A DNA stretch of 64,000 nucleotides, taken from contig MU058824.1 of the NCBI GenBank assembly GCA_013265495.1, positions 1,329,111 through 1,393,110 on the forward strand. Reading direction: 5' to 3'. Origin of the DNA: Vicugna vicugna. Lineage: Eukaryota. The stretch's first letter is position 1; every line of letters starts with the position of its first letter. Position numbers and translations under genes: made by a program. Of the stretch, positions 1 to 11,349 are shown piece by piece. A model generated the notes under the pieces. It did no database searches, was not told the origin of the DNA, and saw only the letters and a list, made by a program, of their open reading frames with translations.

Positions 1-19
1 AACAACACATATGCATAAG

Positions 20-400
20 AAAGTGACCAACAGAATAGAGATTCCAGGAAAAAAATTTCTATCATTAAAAGAAAAATTTTATATGATAGACAGAAGCAAC
101 ACAATGATGGAGCAATATTTCACATTTTAATTAGTATTTCAGGACCTCCTGGGTACCACTTTGGAAAAGAACTGATTTGAGAATACACTCTACATAATCT
201 ATGTAACCGACCTAATCTATGGTCCATTTTAAATGGATCACACTGTAGACATTCAAAGAAAACTCGAAAATAAGCTCATATATTTAGCTAACACAGAAAA
301 GACAAATGTACAACTTCTGACAAAATGAAGGCTTTCAGGAATAAGATGTGTGGGCATAAGCTAGAAAATAAATTGTTTATACAATTAGATGAAATGAAAA
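20..400 (+). mobile_element. Highly degenerate L1 ORF2 remnant
   Basis: gaccaacagaatagagattccagg and following A-rich sequence resemble L1 ORF2 gaccaatggaacagaatagag. Confidence 0.4.
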
Positions 401-659
401 AAAAAAGATAAAGAGCAGAGTAACATCAGTGTAAATTCTAGCCTAACTAGTTATTAAAGTTATTAAAGAAAAGTAAACTAAAAGCCCCATAATGTACCCT
501 GACTGCTTAGCCATGGCCACTCTACAGTTGGCAGAGCCGTAGAACTGGGATGACTTAGACACTGCAGAGGACATGGTAAACTGGCACATTCTCTCTAGAC
601 TACAGGCTGGATCTGCCCACCCATTCCCTCTTGGATTCACTAGAAGAGTCTGGGGAGCG

Positions 660-1200
660 CCAGCTCTGCCCCAGGTCCTGTGCTAGGTTCTGGGATTTAG
701 AGTTGGACGAGGCAGAGTCCTTGCCTCGCGGAACTCCCTGAGTCGCAGGGAGGCAGATGGTGCTCACAGCCCAGTCTGAGAAGCCTCCACACTGAGAGAT
801 AGCGATACACAGCATGAGCTCAGAGCAGAGATATCCAACATGCCTCGCAGAGCAGGAGGGCTTCCTAGAGAGGACTCTTAAAGGATGAATGAGGCGGGTG
901 CCAGGTGAACAAGGGGAAAGGCATTCTCCAAAAGGGACTGGCCCACACAAAGACACAGAGGTGAGACATCGAATATGTTACCCAAAAACATGCCAGTGGT
1001 TGGTGTGAGCCCAAGTCAAGAGGGATTTTGTGTAAATGCAGACTCAGAGGCAGGTGGAGACCAGACCACAAAGGGGACTTGGAGGCAAGGGGTATGACTC
1101 CACCCTAGGTACCCCGAGAACCCAGCAAGATCAATTCAACTAGGAACCAGCAAGATTCGATTGTATCTTAGAACGAATCACCTAACTATATAATAAGAAT
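660..1200 (-). mobile_element. L2 LINE 3' fragment
   Basis: ccaggtcctgtgctaggttctggg...ggagggcttcctagagagg...aaggcattc pattern typical of reverse-strand L2 3' ends. Confidence 0.65.
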
Positions 1201-2014
1201 GACCCAAACAGTTCTGTTCTTTGATGGGCAAATCTGCTTGGGGGAACCTAGTCAAAGGAAATAATCCAAAAAGAAAACAAAGCCCATTTGTCTGGAGATG
1301 TTTCCAGCAACATCATTTATCATAATGACAAGATGGCCAAAGTCCAAGTGGCCAACTCTGGACACATGAGGCATGACCCACACCCTCAAGGTGCTCTCCT
1401 AGGAATGAGAGAGAAATAAACATACTGACAGTACAGGGGGAGAATGGCTGGTGCCTGGGAGACAGATGAAAGGCAGTGAGGGTTTAGTGACGAGAAAGCT
1501 CAGCTGGGGATCCAGTGAAGGCAGTCTGGAAGAGGTGCTATTTAAGCTGGGAGGTAGGATTAGGCCTCAAAGAGAAACAGAGGGTGAGAAAGTATACTCT
1601 AGACGGGGAGATTAGTTTACACCTTGTACAAAGTCCAGGAAACTGCAAAATCTCAACTACACAAGGGGAGCTATGAGTGATTAAGTTTGCCGGGGTGTTC
1701 AGCCTTCACTCTGCTATAAAACACATAAGCAGAACATTATGCCACCACAGGCAATTCCAACTTTAGAGAAAACCAAAAATTTAGCCAGTAATTAAAACGT
1801 TACAATCATTTATACTCATCACAGCTTCTAATGGTATATGAACAACAGTAGCGCACTACAGGTTGGGGCATAGGTAAGGTGGGAGGCCAGTGATGTGAAA
1901 TCTTAGGTGTGATTCACCTGCTTCTCCCTCACTTAGGAAAGCACATCAACTGGCCACGAGCAACAGTGAGATGATTAGAGAGAAAATCTGAACCTGCTCT
2001 GATTAGTATTCAGA

Positions 2015-2890
2015 ATTTCCCCCAGAGAAGATCTACAAATGGCCAAGAAGCACAAGAAAAGATGCTCAATATCATTAGTCATTATTGAAATACAAACCAA
2101 AACCATAGTGAGATACCACTTAGGGATGCCACTAAGACAGGTGTAATCTAAAAAGTGGAAAATAAGCGTTGGCATGGCCATGGAAAAATTGGAACCCTTG
2201 TACACTGCTGGTAAGAATGTAAAGTGGTTCAGCCACTGTGGAAAACAGTTTGGGAGTTCCCCAAAATTTAAGTGTGGAATTAAGGTTCTAAATTCCACTG
2301 CTAGATATACACCCGAAATAATTCAAAACAAATACTCAAATCCTTGTACACAAATGTTCATAAAAGCACTATTCATAATAGCCAAAAGGAGGAAACTACC
2401 CAAATGTCTCCATCAATAGAAAAATGGATAAACAAATTGTAATATAACCATATAATGGAATATTATTTGGCCATAAAAAGGAATGAAGTACTGATACATA
2501 CTACACCATGGATGAACTTCAGAAACATTAAACTAAGTGAGAGAAGACAGATACAAAAGGTCATATATTGTATGATTCCATTTATATGAATTATCCAGAA
2601 TAGGCAAACCCATAGAGACAGAAACCAGTTCAGTGGTTGCCATGGGCCAGTGGAGTGAGGATGTGGTAATGGAGAGTGACTGCTTAATGGAAATAAGGTT
2701 TTCTTTGGAGTGATGAAAATGTTTTGGAAGGCAGCTGTGCTCGCTACTATACCACCAACACCTTTGTAGTGATGAAAATGTTTGGAACTAGAGATGATGG
2801 CTGTACAACACTGTAAATGTACTAAATGCCACTGAATCGTACACACATACATGGCTAGTCTTATATGAATTTCTTCTCAATAAAAAAAAT
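2015..2890 (+). mobile_element. L1 (L1MB-like) ORF2 C-terminus and 3'UTR
   Basis: gaagatctacaaatggccaagaagcacaagaaaagatgctcaa...; ORF track peptide MEKLEPLYTAGKNVKWFSHCGKQFG is L1 ORF2-like; ends ctcaataaaaaaaa. Confidence 0.9.
2724..2761 (-). pseudogene. 5' half of tRNA-Gly(TCC), tailless retrocopy inserted in the L1 3'UTR
   Basis: Minus strand GTGTTGGTGGTATAGTAGCGAGCACAGCTGCCTTCCAA matches 34/38 nt of the mammalian tRNA-Gly-TCC 5' end as I recall it (GCGTTGGTGGTATAGTGGTGAGCATAGCTGCCTTCCAA); flanked by duplicated ctttg(g/t)agtgatgaaaatgttt(t)ggaa at 2703-2729 and 2762-2787. Confidence 0.85.
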
Positions 2891-2914
2891 CAGGACATCT
2901 AAATGTCCAATAAA

Positions 2915-3720
2915 TATAAGAAAAGGATATCAATTTAATAATCAGGAAAATATAAATTAAGACTACAGTAAGATTCTAATATGTACCCATTAGAAAGGCT
3001 GAAATTAAGCCCAGTGACGAGACCAAGTGCTGGTGAGGATGTGAAGAAATAGAGACTCTCATACCAGGTTGGTGGCTGTGAACCTTGGTACAACCATAGT
3101 TGAAGGCATGCTGGCTTGTTCATCTGGAGGATTTGCACACCCTGTCACCCAGCACTCCCCTCCTAGATGTAGAACCAACAGAAATGTGTGTCTATGTGCA
3201 CCAAGAAACATGTACAAGAAGGTTCAAAGACATGCTACAAATATTAGCCCCAAATGGAAACACCCAAATTTTGAAAAAAATGGACAAATAATATACAGCA
3301 AGCTAATACAGTGGAATATTATGCAGCAATGAAGATGAATTAACTACAGTCACATGCAATAGCATAAATGAATCTCAAAACTAATATTCAGTGAAAGAAG
3401 CCAGATACCAAAGAAGATATTCTGCATGTATAACATTCAAAATCAAGAAACTTTAGAATTTGGGGATACATGCTTAGGTACTAACGTTATTTTTTAAAAG
3501 TAAGGAAGCAATCACCATTAGACTCAAGGTACTGGTTATCTCTGAGCAGAGGGAGGGGATAATCACAGCCAAGGGGCACAGGAGAGCATCCAGGGGCTAC
3601 CCCTTTTCTTGACCTGGTTATGTGAATGTTTGCTCTGTAGGAAATCATTGGGCTGTACTTTTGTGTGCATTTTTCTGAATGGATGTTATATTTTACAATA
3701 AGACAATTTCAAGAAAAGGA
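2915..3720 (+). mobile_element. Old L1 (L1ME-like) 3' end
   Basis: accaagtgctggtgaggatgtg, cccaaatggaaacacccaaat, cagtggaatattatgcagcaatgaa motifs. Confidence 0.8.
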
Positions 3721-4829
3721 AATAATTTGCACATACCAGTATTTTGTTATCAGGAACAAATTACTTATGACATCACTGCGCCTGTCCTCACAACTTTTTA
3801 TCTTCTAAAATAGCAGGCATTCCAGTGACACTGTAACTTTAGTAGGTCAGCCATCACTCATTAGGGGCACAAGGATCGATGTGGGGGACAGGGTCCCATT
3901 GACAAAAGTCTCTTTAAACAGGGTGGGCCAGGAAACCCTCAGAGCTGAGAAGACTTGAGACTCTGGGCCTCATCAGAAGCACAGTTTCTGGAGTGATTGT
4001 GAGGTTTGGATGAATGAAGTAAGAATGTATCACATCTCTGCCCCCAACGTATGAAGTGGTTTACAAGTGCTAACCTTATTAATTTGCATGCAAGATTTGG
4101 TTTGCAAGAGGATATTTCACCAGTCTAGAAAGATTCTCTTCTGAGTCCGAGAGAGACACTGAATATTCATCTGTTACCTATCGGTTGCAAATGGCTCCCT
4201 CCAGGCCCTTTCCAGCTCCTGAGGGTTTCCTGGCACTCCCTTTTTACATTATGGATGCGAACAGGACTTCCTCTGTGTTAGAAGAACAGCCCTGACCTGT
4301 CATCAAGGGATCCAGCCTACAAACGCAGAAGGAAAAAGAAACCAAAAATTTCTTTCCCTAGAACCTCCTTACTTTTGGGGGTAAAAGTTTGCAACAAAGT
4401 CCACAAAAGACCACAGAACCTGAAGCTGCCCTCTGCCGCTGAGTTGGCAATACCCTATATCACATGCAAAATTGCAGCGTTCCAACATGGGCCATGGTGC
4501 TGAGAAGCCAAAACTGCACTCCAGCTGCCCTTTCATCTGCAAGAAATGCCAGGCTGGATGCTCTGGCAGGAAAAGCTGTCATCTCGTTTGGGTCTTGCGC
4601 CCAAGGAGACAATAGTCTGGGCTGTCCCAAACTTCCTCCTTCACACGAAGAGTTAACCACGACCACCCAGGAAATCCTCAGTTTCCTTCAGAGTGGTTGT
4701 TCCCCGCTTCTCCCCACACACTTTTTATATTAAGACTGTGTACTAACCTCTTAAATCCGAAAGAAGTCAGAGGCTACTTGGAGAGCATAGTTCTCCTGCA
4801 AAGCTGCTTGGGGAAAGAGCTGGGCAGGG

Positions 4830-5170
4830 TGGGATGGGAACCTAGAGATCTGGGCCCAAGTCCTGCCTTTTGCACAGGACAGTTCTTAAGCCTCTCTCAT
4901 CCTGAGTGTCCTCTTCTGTAAAAATGCCTGCTCTCCAACACAGCTATTGGGAGGATCAACCTGCAGTTTCCATCATTTATTTTGTGCCCAAAATGTGCCA
5001 CCGTGAGTAAAGTATGTTATTTCTAATATCGCTTTTAGTCTTCATAGCATCTCTAGGAGGAAGGGTGATCTAAGTATTCCCCTTTTTCGGATGGGGAAAC
5101 TGAGGTACAGAGTGGGGAAATTCATTGCCCAACAGCACCTAACCCAGCCACATCTTAAATCTATTTTACC
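4830..5170. mobile_element. Two MIR SINE fragments in opposite orientation
   Basis: cttctgtaaaaatg core (+) and ggatggggaaactgaggtacaga core (-). Confidence 0.65.
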
Positions 5171-5777
5171 TCAGACCCCAGTAGTCACACAACCGCCTCT
5201 GGGTCGTGAGGGGTCAGGGAGTAATGCCTGGCAACAGAAGACACTACAACCCCTGGTTCCCAGTCCAAAGCTCTCCCCATCACCCAGGGAGCCACTGCCC
5301 GTGATGGATGGGACTCTCCACATAACTCAGGGAATTCAGTCCAGCGCCAGGTGTCTCCGCTAGCGCTCATGCTTCCGCACCTGTGTACGGAGTGGGCACC
5401 AGACCTGCACTTACAATCCGCCAGCCAGCACGCAGGACCTGAGCGCGGGCGCTAGGTGAGCGGGAGCTAACTGTCCCCTCAGAGCCGCTGGCGTTGTCAC
5501 TGTGCTTCTAAAGTCCGTCTCTGCCGCGCCTAGCTCAGACACCTCGGGTGCCCGGGCAGTGCTCCACCCGCTCCAGCCGCCCAGAGACTCGCGTTCACCC
5601 CTCGAACCCCCTGCACCGCCCGGGGAAGCCGCGGCAGGACCGCTAGTGCGTACCCAGCGCCGAGCACTCCCTTTTATGTCCAGGAATGAGGCGCGCACCG
5701 CAGCCGCGCCCGCCGCCCAAACCAACTTCCCTGCGGCACGAAGGCAGCCGGTGCCACCCTCAGGCTGGGCCGCTTAC

Positions 5778-5863
5778 CTGTCGTGGAGCGGGTCCAGGTG
5801 ACAGCAGGGAGAAGCGCGGAGACCGAAAGCAGCAGCAACAGGCACCGGCACGGCGCGTCCCGC
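5778..5863 (-). CDS. 86-nt exon; in frame with ATG 5956 it gives MAPRRDAPCRCLLLLLSVSALLPAVTWTRSTT (signal-peptide-like); may be a 5'UTR exon
   Basis: Acceptor cttctctccttcggccacttctcgcag| with branch-like CTCAC ~29 nt upstream; strong donor CAG|GTAAGC; hydrophobic stretch also visible in ORF 5674..6444. Exon status is better supported than coding status. Confidence 0.4.
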
Positions 5864-5945
5864 CTGCGAGAAGTGGCCGAAGGAGAGAAGGTGAGGCGGG
5901 CGGAGGGGCCGGGGGGCGCCGGGGCGGGGGGGCAGCGAGTCCTAC

Positions 5946-5956
5946 CTTGGCGCCAT
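5946..5956 (-). CDS. Candidate first coding segment ATG GCG CCA AG (M-A-P-R, split codon)
   Basis: Minus-strand GAAATGG (A at -3, G at +4, strong Kozak) followed 11 nt later by donor AAG|gtagga. Unspliced it reads MAPR*, so it could instead be a uORF or a YY1-like AAATGGCG motif. Confidence 0.35.
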
Positions 5957-6072
5957 TTCGCAGGTCCGCGAGCCCCCTGAGGGCACCGGGCCGCCCAGCT
6001 CCGCGGACGGCGACCTGGCGCTGCGCGCGGGCCGCTCACCCTTCCCGACGGGAACAAAGACAGCGCTGGGCA

Positions 6073-6105
<33 letters not shown>
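6073..6105. repeat. (GCG)11 trinucleotide repeat in CpG island
   Basis: Direct count of 11 uninterrupted gcg units. Confidence 0.95.
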
Positions 6106-6106
<1 letters not shown>

Positions 6107-6132
6107 GCAGGATCCCGGCCCGGCCCGCGCCC

Positions 6133-6139
6133 TGAGTCA
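6133..6139. promoter_or_regulatory. AP-1 (TGAGTCA) consensus site
   Basis: Perfect TGA(C/G)TCA inside the CpG island; motif match only. Confidence 0.5.
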
Positions 6140-6494
6140 CCCGCGCTCTGAAACTCGACTCCGCCGCGCCCTGCGCTACTCCGCGCGCCGCGCCGCGCCG
6201 CGCCCCACCTCGGGCAGCGCCGCAGCGGCGCACTCACGCCCCGGGGCTCCCGGCAGCGCCGACCGCCTGCCCACGCCCCTTTCCCCTCAATGGACGCGCG
6301 CCCGCCGCTTCCACCCCGGCGGCCTTGTGTAACCGAGAGAAGCCCCGCGTCCGGGCTCGTCAGGGTCAGCGGGACATTGCCCCCTCCAGCCCTCACGTCT
6401 GGCCCTGTCCAGGCTGCCCCGCCGCCGCCAACGAACTTTTTCACGGACCAATGGAATCCTCCGACCAGCCCAGGGGGGCTGGAATCGCGGTGAT

Positions 6495-6590
6495 TTCCCT
6501 AAATGATGACGAAGAAACTGAGGCTCAGACACAGGGAGCGAATGTTCAAGGTCACACAGCTGGACTGGGATCCTGACTGCTGTGTTCTGC
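6495..6590 (-). mobile_element. MIR SINE fragment
   Basis: gaagaaactgaggctcaga...caaggtcacacagct core. Confidence 0.75.
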
Positions 6591-6729
6591 CCTGCACGCG
6601 TGACACACAACTCCCTTGAATGCCCAGGAGTGGTCCCGTTTGGGGGTTATAAGTGATATACGTATAAATAAATGCAGCCAAGGGAATCCTAATAAAAACT
6701 TTAAACATATCTAATATTCCAAGGTTTTC

Positions 6730-6860
6730 CTCTTTATACCTTGTCTGCACCACCACCAGAATATAAGCTCCAAGAGGACAAGAATTTACATTTGTTTTGC
6801 TCTGTCTAAAATAGTGCCTGATAGTAGGAGAGGTCAATAAACATTGGATGAATGAAGAAA
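6730..6860 (+). mobile_element. L2 3' end
   Basis: aagctccaagaggaca...atagtgcctgatagtagg...caataaacattggatgaatgaa terminal pattern. Confidence 0.65.
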
Positions 6861-8404
6861 CACACTTCTTAGGTGAGACATGGATCCAGGCACTGTGATG
6901 ACCCAAGAGAGATGAACCAGTCTCAGCCTCCAACAGTCATGGGTGGTGTACCTGGGGGGAGAGGGAACAGGGGGCCATCTGTTTCACCTATACAGAGCTT
7001 AGCACAGGACCTGTCACTGGCTAAATTCTCAAATGGTGGCTTTTTATTATTACAATTACCACCAGGCCCAGTAGTGTAAGATATATGTGGGAGAGGAGGC
7101 ACCACTGAGATCTGGATGGTTCTGGACAGACCTGGGAGGCCCAGGGGCCTCTCTTCCTGATACACCAAGTAGTCACAGTGGGCCATGGCTCTGTGGTCAG
7201 TTCCTGGTTTTCATTTCTAGAGGGCGAGTCACCTCCTGCAATGACTCTCATTTCATAGATGAGGAAGCTGAGGTTTAAAACGTGCCCTATTGCAGTACCA
7301 CCTTTCCAGGGCTGTTATGGGGATTGATCGTTATGGTAATGCATTTAGCATAGGGCCTCAGACACAATCAAAAGTCAATAAATGTTAGCTAGTATGTCCA
7401 TCCCCATCCCATCTCTGCAGGGCTAACTCAAATTACCTTTTCACTTGGCAGGTAGTGACTCTGTACAGGTGGAATAGATGGACTCTCAAAGCCACCGTTC
7501 CACATTAGAATCATTACTTCCCTTTTCTAGATGAAGAAATAAAAAGGCAGGCAAGGACAGGATTTGCCCAGCTTCACTCTGTAGCTAGGGCCAGAACTGG
7601 ACTGGAATCCAGGCTCCTGATCTCCGGCCAGAGCTTCCTTTGGAACCCTCACTGCCTGTGCTGGCATTAACCCTTTCATGCCTGAGTGTTCCTTATCTCC
7701 AATGCAATTTTGCTCTCAGGGGTAGGGAGTGGGTCTAATCCTCTTGTTAAATGACAAGTAGCATGACTGAGTGGTGAAGAGCCTGAGTGTTGGCATCTGT
7801 CATGCACTCAGGCTCTTCACGCCCTAGCTACAGAGTCAGTGTACAGAGTGTACAGTTCTCTGTCCACTGTAAACTGCTATATAGATGTGTCAGGTCTGCC
7901 ATCAGTGCAGACAGTCTTCAGAAAAGAAACAAGCAAACAGACAATCAGCGTGGCCTGAGGAAGAAAGGAGAGGCTTCAACATGGTAGTGAAGTTAACCCA
8001 GGCTCTGGGGTCTGCAGAGGGTTTGGGGGGCAAATAGGATGGAGGAGAGAAGCAGCCAAAACAGCTCTAGACCTCAGATGGCCCCACGTGGAACTAACAC
8101 ACAGGGCAGAGTACTTTCTAACAAAATGGTCCCCTTCAGGTTTCTTTCTTATTCTGTTCCTAATTTCTGTGGATATGAATTCTCTCCCACTTGCAACCAT
8201 GCTCTGCTGGACATACTTTATTTTATTATGAATTACTAACCATAAGGCATTTGCTTTCTTAGTTCTATATTTTTTATTGCTTATAAAGTACCACATCAGC
8301 TGGGAATATAATTGACTTTCTTAGAACTATTATTCTGTATTGCTTCGAAAGAGTCACATCAACTACAATTATATAACAGCTCTATTGTTCTGTTTGACAT
8401 TTAA

Positions 8405-8960
8405 AACCAGAGGTTGTGAACTGGTGGCCATGGGCTCAATTTGGCCCACAGATATGTTTGGTTCAGACTGCCTGGTGTCAACCTCCAAATTAAATTACTT
8501 AGCAATATATTTGATAATTAGTTAATTTTACATTAAAATCTGGATTTCTGGTGTCTTTTTAAATTTTTGGAAAACCTGGCAACATGGGCCTGCATTCCTT
8601 GTGCTGGTGACTGATTTATATCGAGAAAGGGGATGCTGCCTTCAGTCAAGGCCATGTTCTCCAGTCTATTGTGGTCCCCACCATCCCGATTGCTCCCCAA
8701 CACCAAGGCTAAGAATCACTTGCCATTTATAATCACATATGCACTTCTGCCTTTTCTCATAAGAAAAAAATGGAATAGATTGCTCATGTCTCTGTTAAAA
8801 ATGGGGGAAAAGATATATAAATAGGGAGGGGGGCATGTTTCAAGAAAGATGTGAAAGAACATATTTCTACATGTTTCTTATACAAATTAAGTATATCTAC
8901 ATTGGGAAAAAGTGAAAAGTAAAATGATGAAACAAACCTGGTCCCCCTCAGCTGTGCATG
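8405..8960 (+). mobile_element. hAT-Charlie DNA transposon (MER102-like)
   Basis: cagaggttgtgaactggtggcc...tttggcccacaga...aaaatctggatttctgg...ctggcaacatgggcctgcattcc. Confidence 0.55.
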
Positions 8961-10189
8961 TTACCTGATGGATGAAGGAATAGCTACATTTTGATTGGTG
9001 GGCTTGATTGTAGTACAATTTATCAGTCCAAGATCCAAATGCATAAGGCAGTAGTTTCCTTTACTACTCTGGCAGGGAAGTCCTCTGTGCATGTTTCATA
9101 TTTTGCTGGTTCTATGTAAGTATCTGCTAATATCCAATTCACTGGAATATAAAGGTAAAAGTCCCCAAAGCACATTTCTTCTCTGAAATGACTGGAATTA
9201 GATGCACGTTGATATTGTTAATTTTGTACCTATTTCATCTGAGAAGCCAGACCAGGCTCCTAGGTAATCAGGGCTCTCATTTTAAAGTTGGGCCAGGAGG
9301 TGGGAACTGTGAACTCAGACTGATGGAGAACAGGGCGGGCGTCCGGCCTGGGAGCTGAAGGGGGACCAAATGGTCCCAGCTGCTGGTGTGGGAGGGATGG
9401 GGGCAGGATGCCAAGCCAGGCATTTCGCCTCCTGCCAGACTGTGTTTTGAGGGTTTAAGCGATTTCCTTCTATTCAATATGATGTTGTAGAAATAGCCAA
9501 GAGGAAGCTTTGTGTCATACTGGAGCTGGTCTAAATTGTTTACCACAGCTTTAGGACAATCTGCGACATCGGGAGGTGTGGAGACATGAGGACCTATGTC
9601 CCAGATTTTCTAGAACTCAATTAAATTAATGGTCTGTTCCATTTTCCTATAAACCACCCAAGTGTCCCAGGAAACTCAGTCTCCAAAAGCATTCTCCAGA
9701 CTGTCTCAAGCAGCTGGAAGGGGCACAAAAATCAGTGAGAAACCTCCCAGGTTCTGGTTTGGGATGAAGTTACCAAGCACATAGTGCAGGTCTTTCTGAA
9801 CCTATTTCTTCAGGACGTGGGGATAACACCTCCCTTGTGCAGCTGTGGTGAGAAAGTTCACAGGAGACCCTTGTATCCTCATCTGGTTTCAGGAGTAGAA
9901 AAAGCAGAATAGACCCAACTAGCTCACTAGAAAAGAATTTACTGGCATATCCAGAGAAAAGGGCTGCCTTTTGGGTAATCAAGAGAAAACAAGGACAGTT
10001 CAATCCCACAACTGCCTTCTATCCAGGACGCTTTCCGATGAGCACCTTGATGTATGTGGATATGCAAAAAGGGACCAGGGGCTGAGAAAAGCCAAGTTGT
10101 TCTGCATAAGAGATATGAAGACAAAAATCTGAGAGGACAAAAAAAAAGGTCTGGGGGGGTTGTCAGGCACCTCTTAGGTGCTACTGCCA

Positions 10190-10830
10190 TCCCCTCTGCC
10201 TGTATCCTTCACATGCACTATAGGCAAGGTCATCCAGCTGCCAGCAACTGCTTCCCTTCACCTGAGCACTTTGTCTGCCTGCCGGACCCTGCTCTGCCCG
10301 CAGCATAGCAGACTGGAAGTGCTGGGGAATTAACTCTGACCCCCAGCTGCTCTCAGCCAACGGCTGGCTGGAGCTGATGGATTAAAAATCTCAGCTCCCT
10401 TTTCCAACTGGTGGGAATTTCTAGACACCCAGAGTCAGTCCCTTGCCCCTTACCCACACTGAGCGCCTCTCCCTTCCTGCCCCAGGGATGCTGCTGATGT
10501 CTGACACAGGGCGTAATTCACTCAGCCCCAGCAGCCTGGAAGGGCAATAGAAATAACACCTCATGAAGCCAATTTTTAGCCAATGGAAGCCAACAAATAC
10601 ATTTTTCCTCCTTCTCCCAGATGCACTGTCCTGAGAAAGTCACTTATAAGGCATCTGAGAGATGCTCTCACAAGACTGAGTAATCAATAATCTAGTGCCT
10701 TTCATTGGTTATTCCTCTTTCCCTGCCTCACTCCCCTTTTCTCTACTTCTGCTCCCTAGGATTTTACCCCCTAATACCAAAGAGGCACCTAAGACTAACA
10801 CTTGAGTGGCCCAGGATAAGATAGGTGGTG
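10190..10830 (+). mobile_element. ERVL-class LTR (LTR16-like)
   Basis: ccccagctgctctcagccaa...ccctgcctcactcccc...cttctgctccctagg motifs; directly precedes ERV-L internal sequence. Confidence 0.5.
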
Positions 10831-11349
10831 GAGTTTCTCTCCCTCACTCATGACCTTAACAGGGTTTCCAGAATAATTGTCGCTTCTAATTCACCAGGTC
10901 CAATTAGCATGATGTTACCAACATAGGAGACCAGCATGAACTGTGGCACATTAAGATGACAAAGTTCTTATGGACTATATTATAACAGAGAACAGGAGAG
11001 TTAACATAGCTCTGGGATCAAAAAGTGAAAATGGCCTATTCCATTTGCCATATGAAAGCAAAGTGGTTTCAGTTTTTCCCCTGATAGAGACTGTGACTGC
11101 GTTTGCCAGATCATGGTGCATCACGTGTCAAAGGTTGTGATGGTATATTTCAGATATCACATCTGGCATGGCAGCTGCAATTGAGGCCAAGTTCATGGCA
11201 ATCCACTATTATCCACCACAATCCATTTGGCTTTTGCAAGGGCCATACAAGTGAATTAGTGGAAATACAATGGAACCAACCAACCCTTCACTATTTACGT
11301 GTTAATGGTGGCTCTAAAATCTGCAATACTTCTGGGACATGGTTTTCCT

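Larger units (their letters stand above)
5350..6500 (-). promoter_or_regulatory. CpG island / promoter and 5' exons of an unidentified, probably minus-strand gene
   Basis: Sharp local rise in GC and CpG against CpG-depleted flanks; GC-box-like runs; CCAAT at 6448-6452; AP-1 at 6133-6139; minus-strand donors AGG|GTGAGC (exon end 6040), AAG|GTAGGA (5946) and CAG|GTAAGC (5778). Confidence 0.85.

Noticed and set aside
5674..6444. 256-aa minus-strand ORF and overlapping 100-150 aa ORFs with poly-Ala/poly-Arg
   Set aside because: They arise from stop-codon scarcity in a GC-rich island and the (GCG)11 repeat, mostly use non-ATG starts, and run through splice sites.
5350..6500. Assigning a gene symbol to the CpG-island gene
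   Set aside because: I do not recognise the exon or peptide sequence; a BLAST or liftOver of 5700-6200 is needed.
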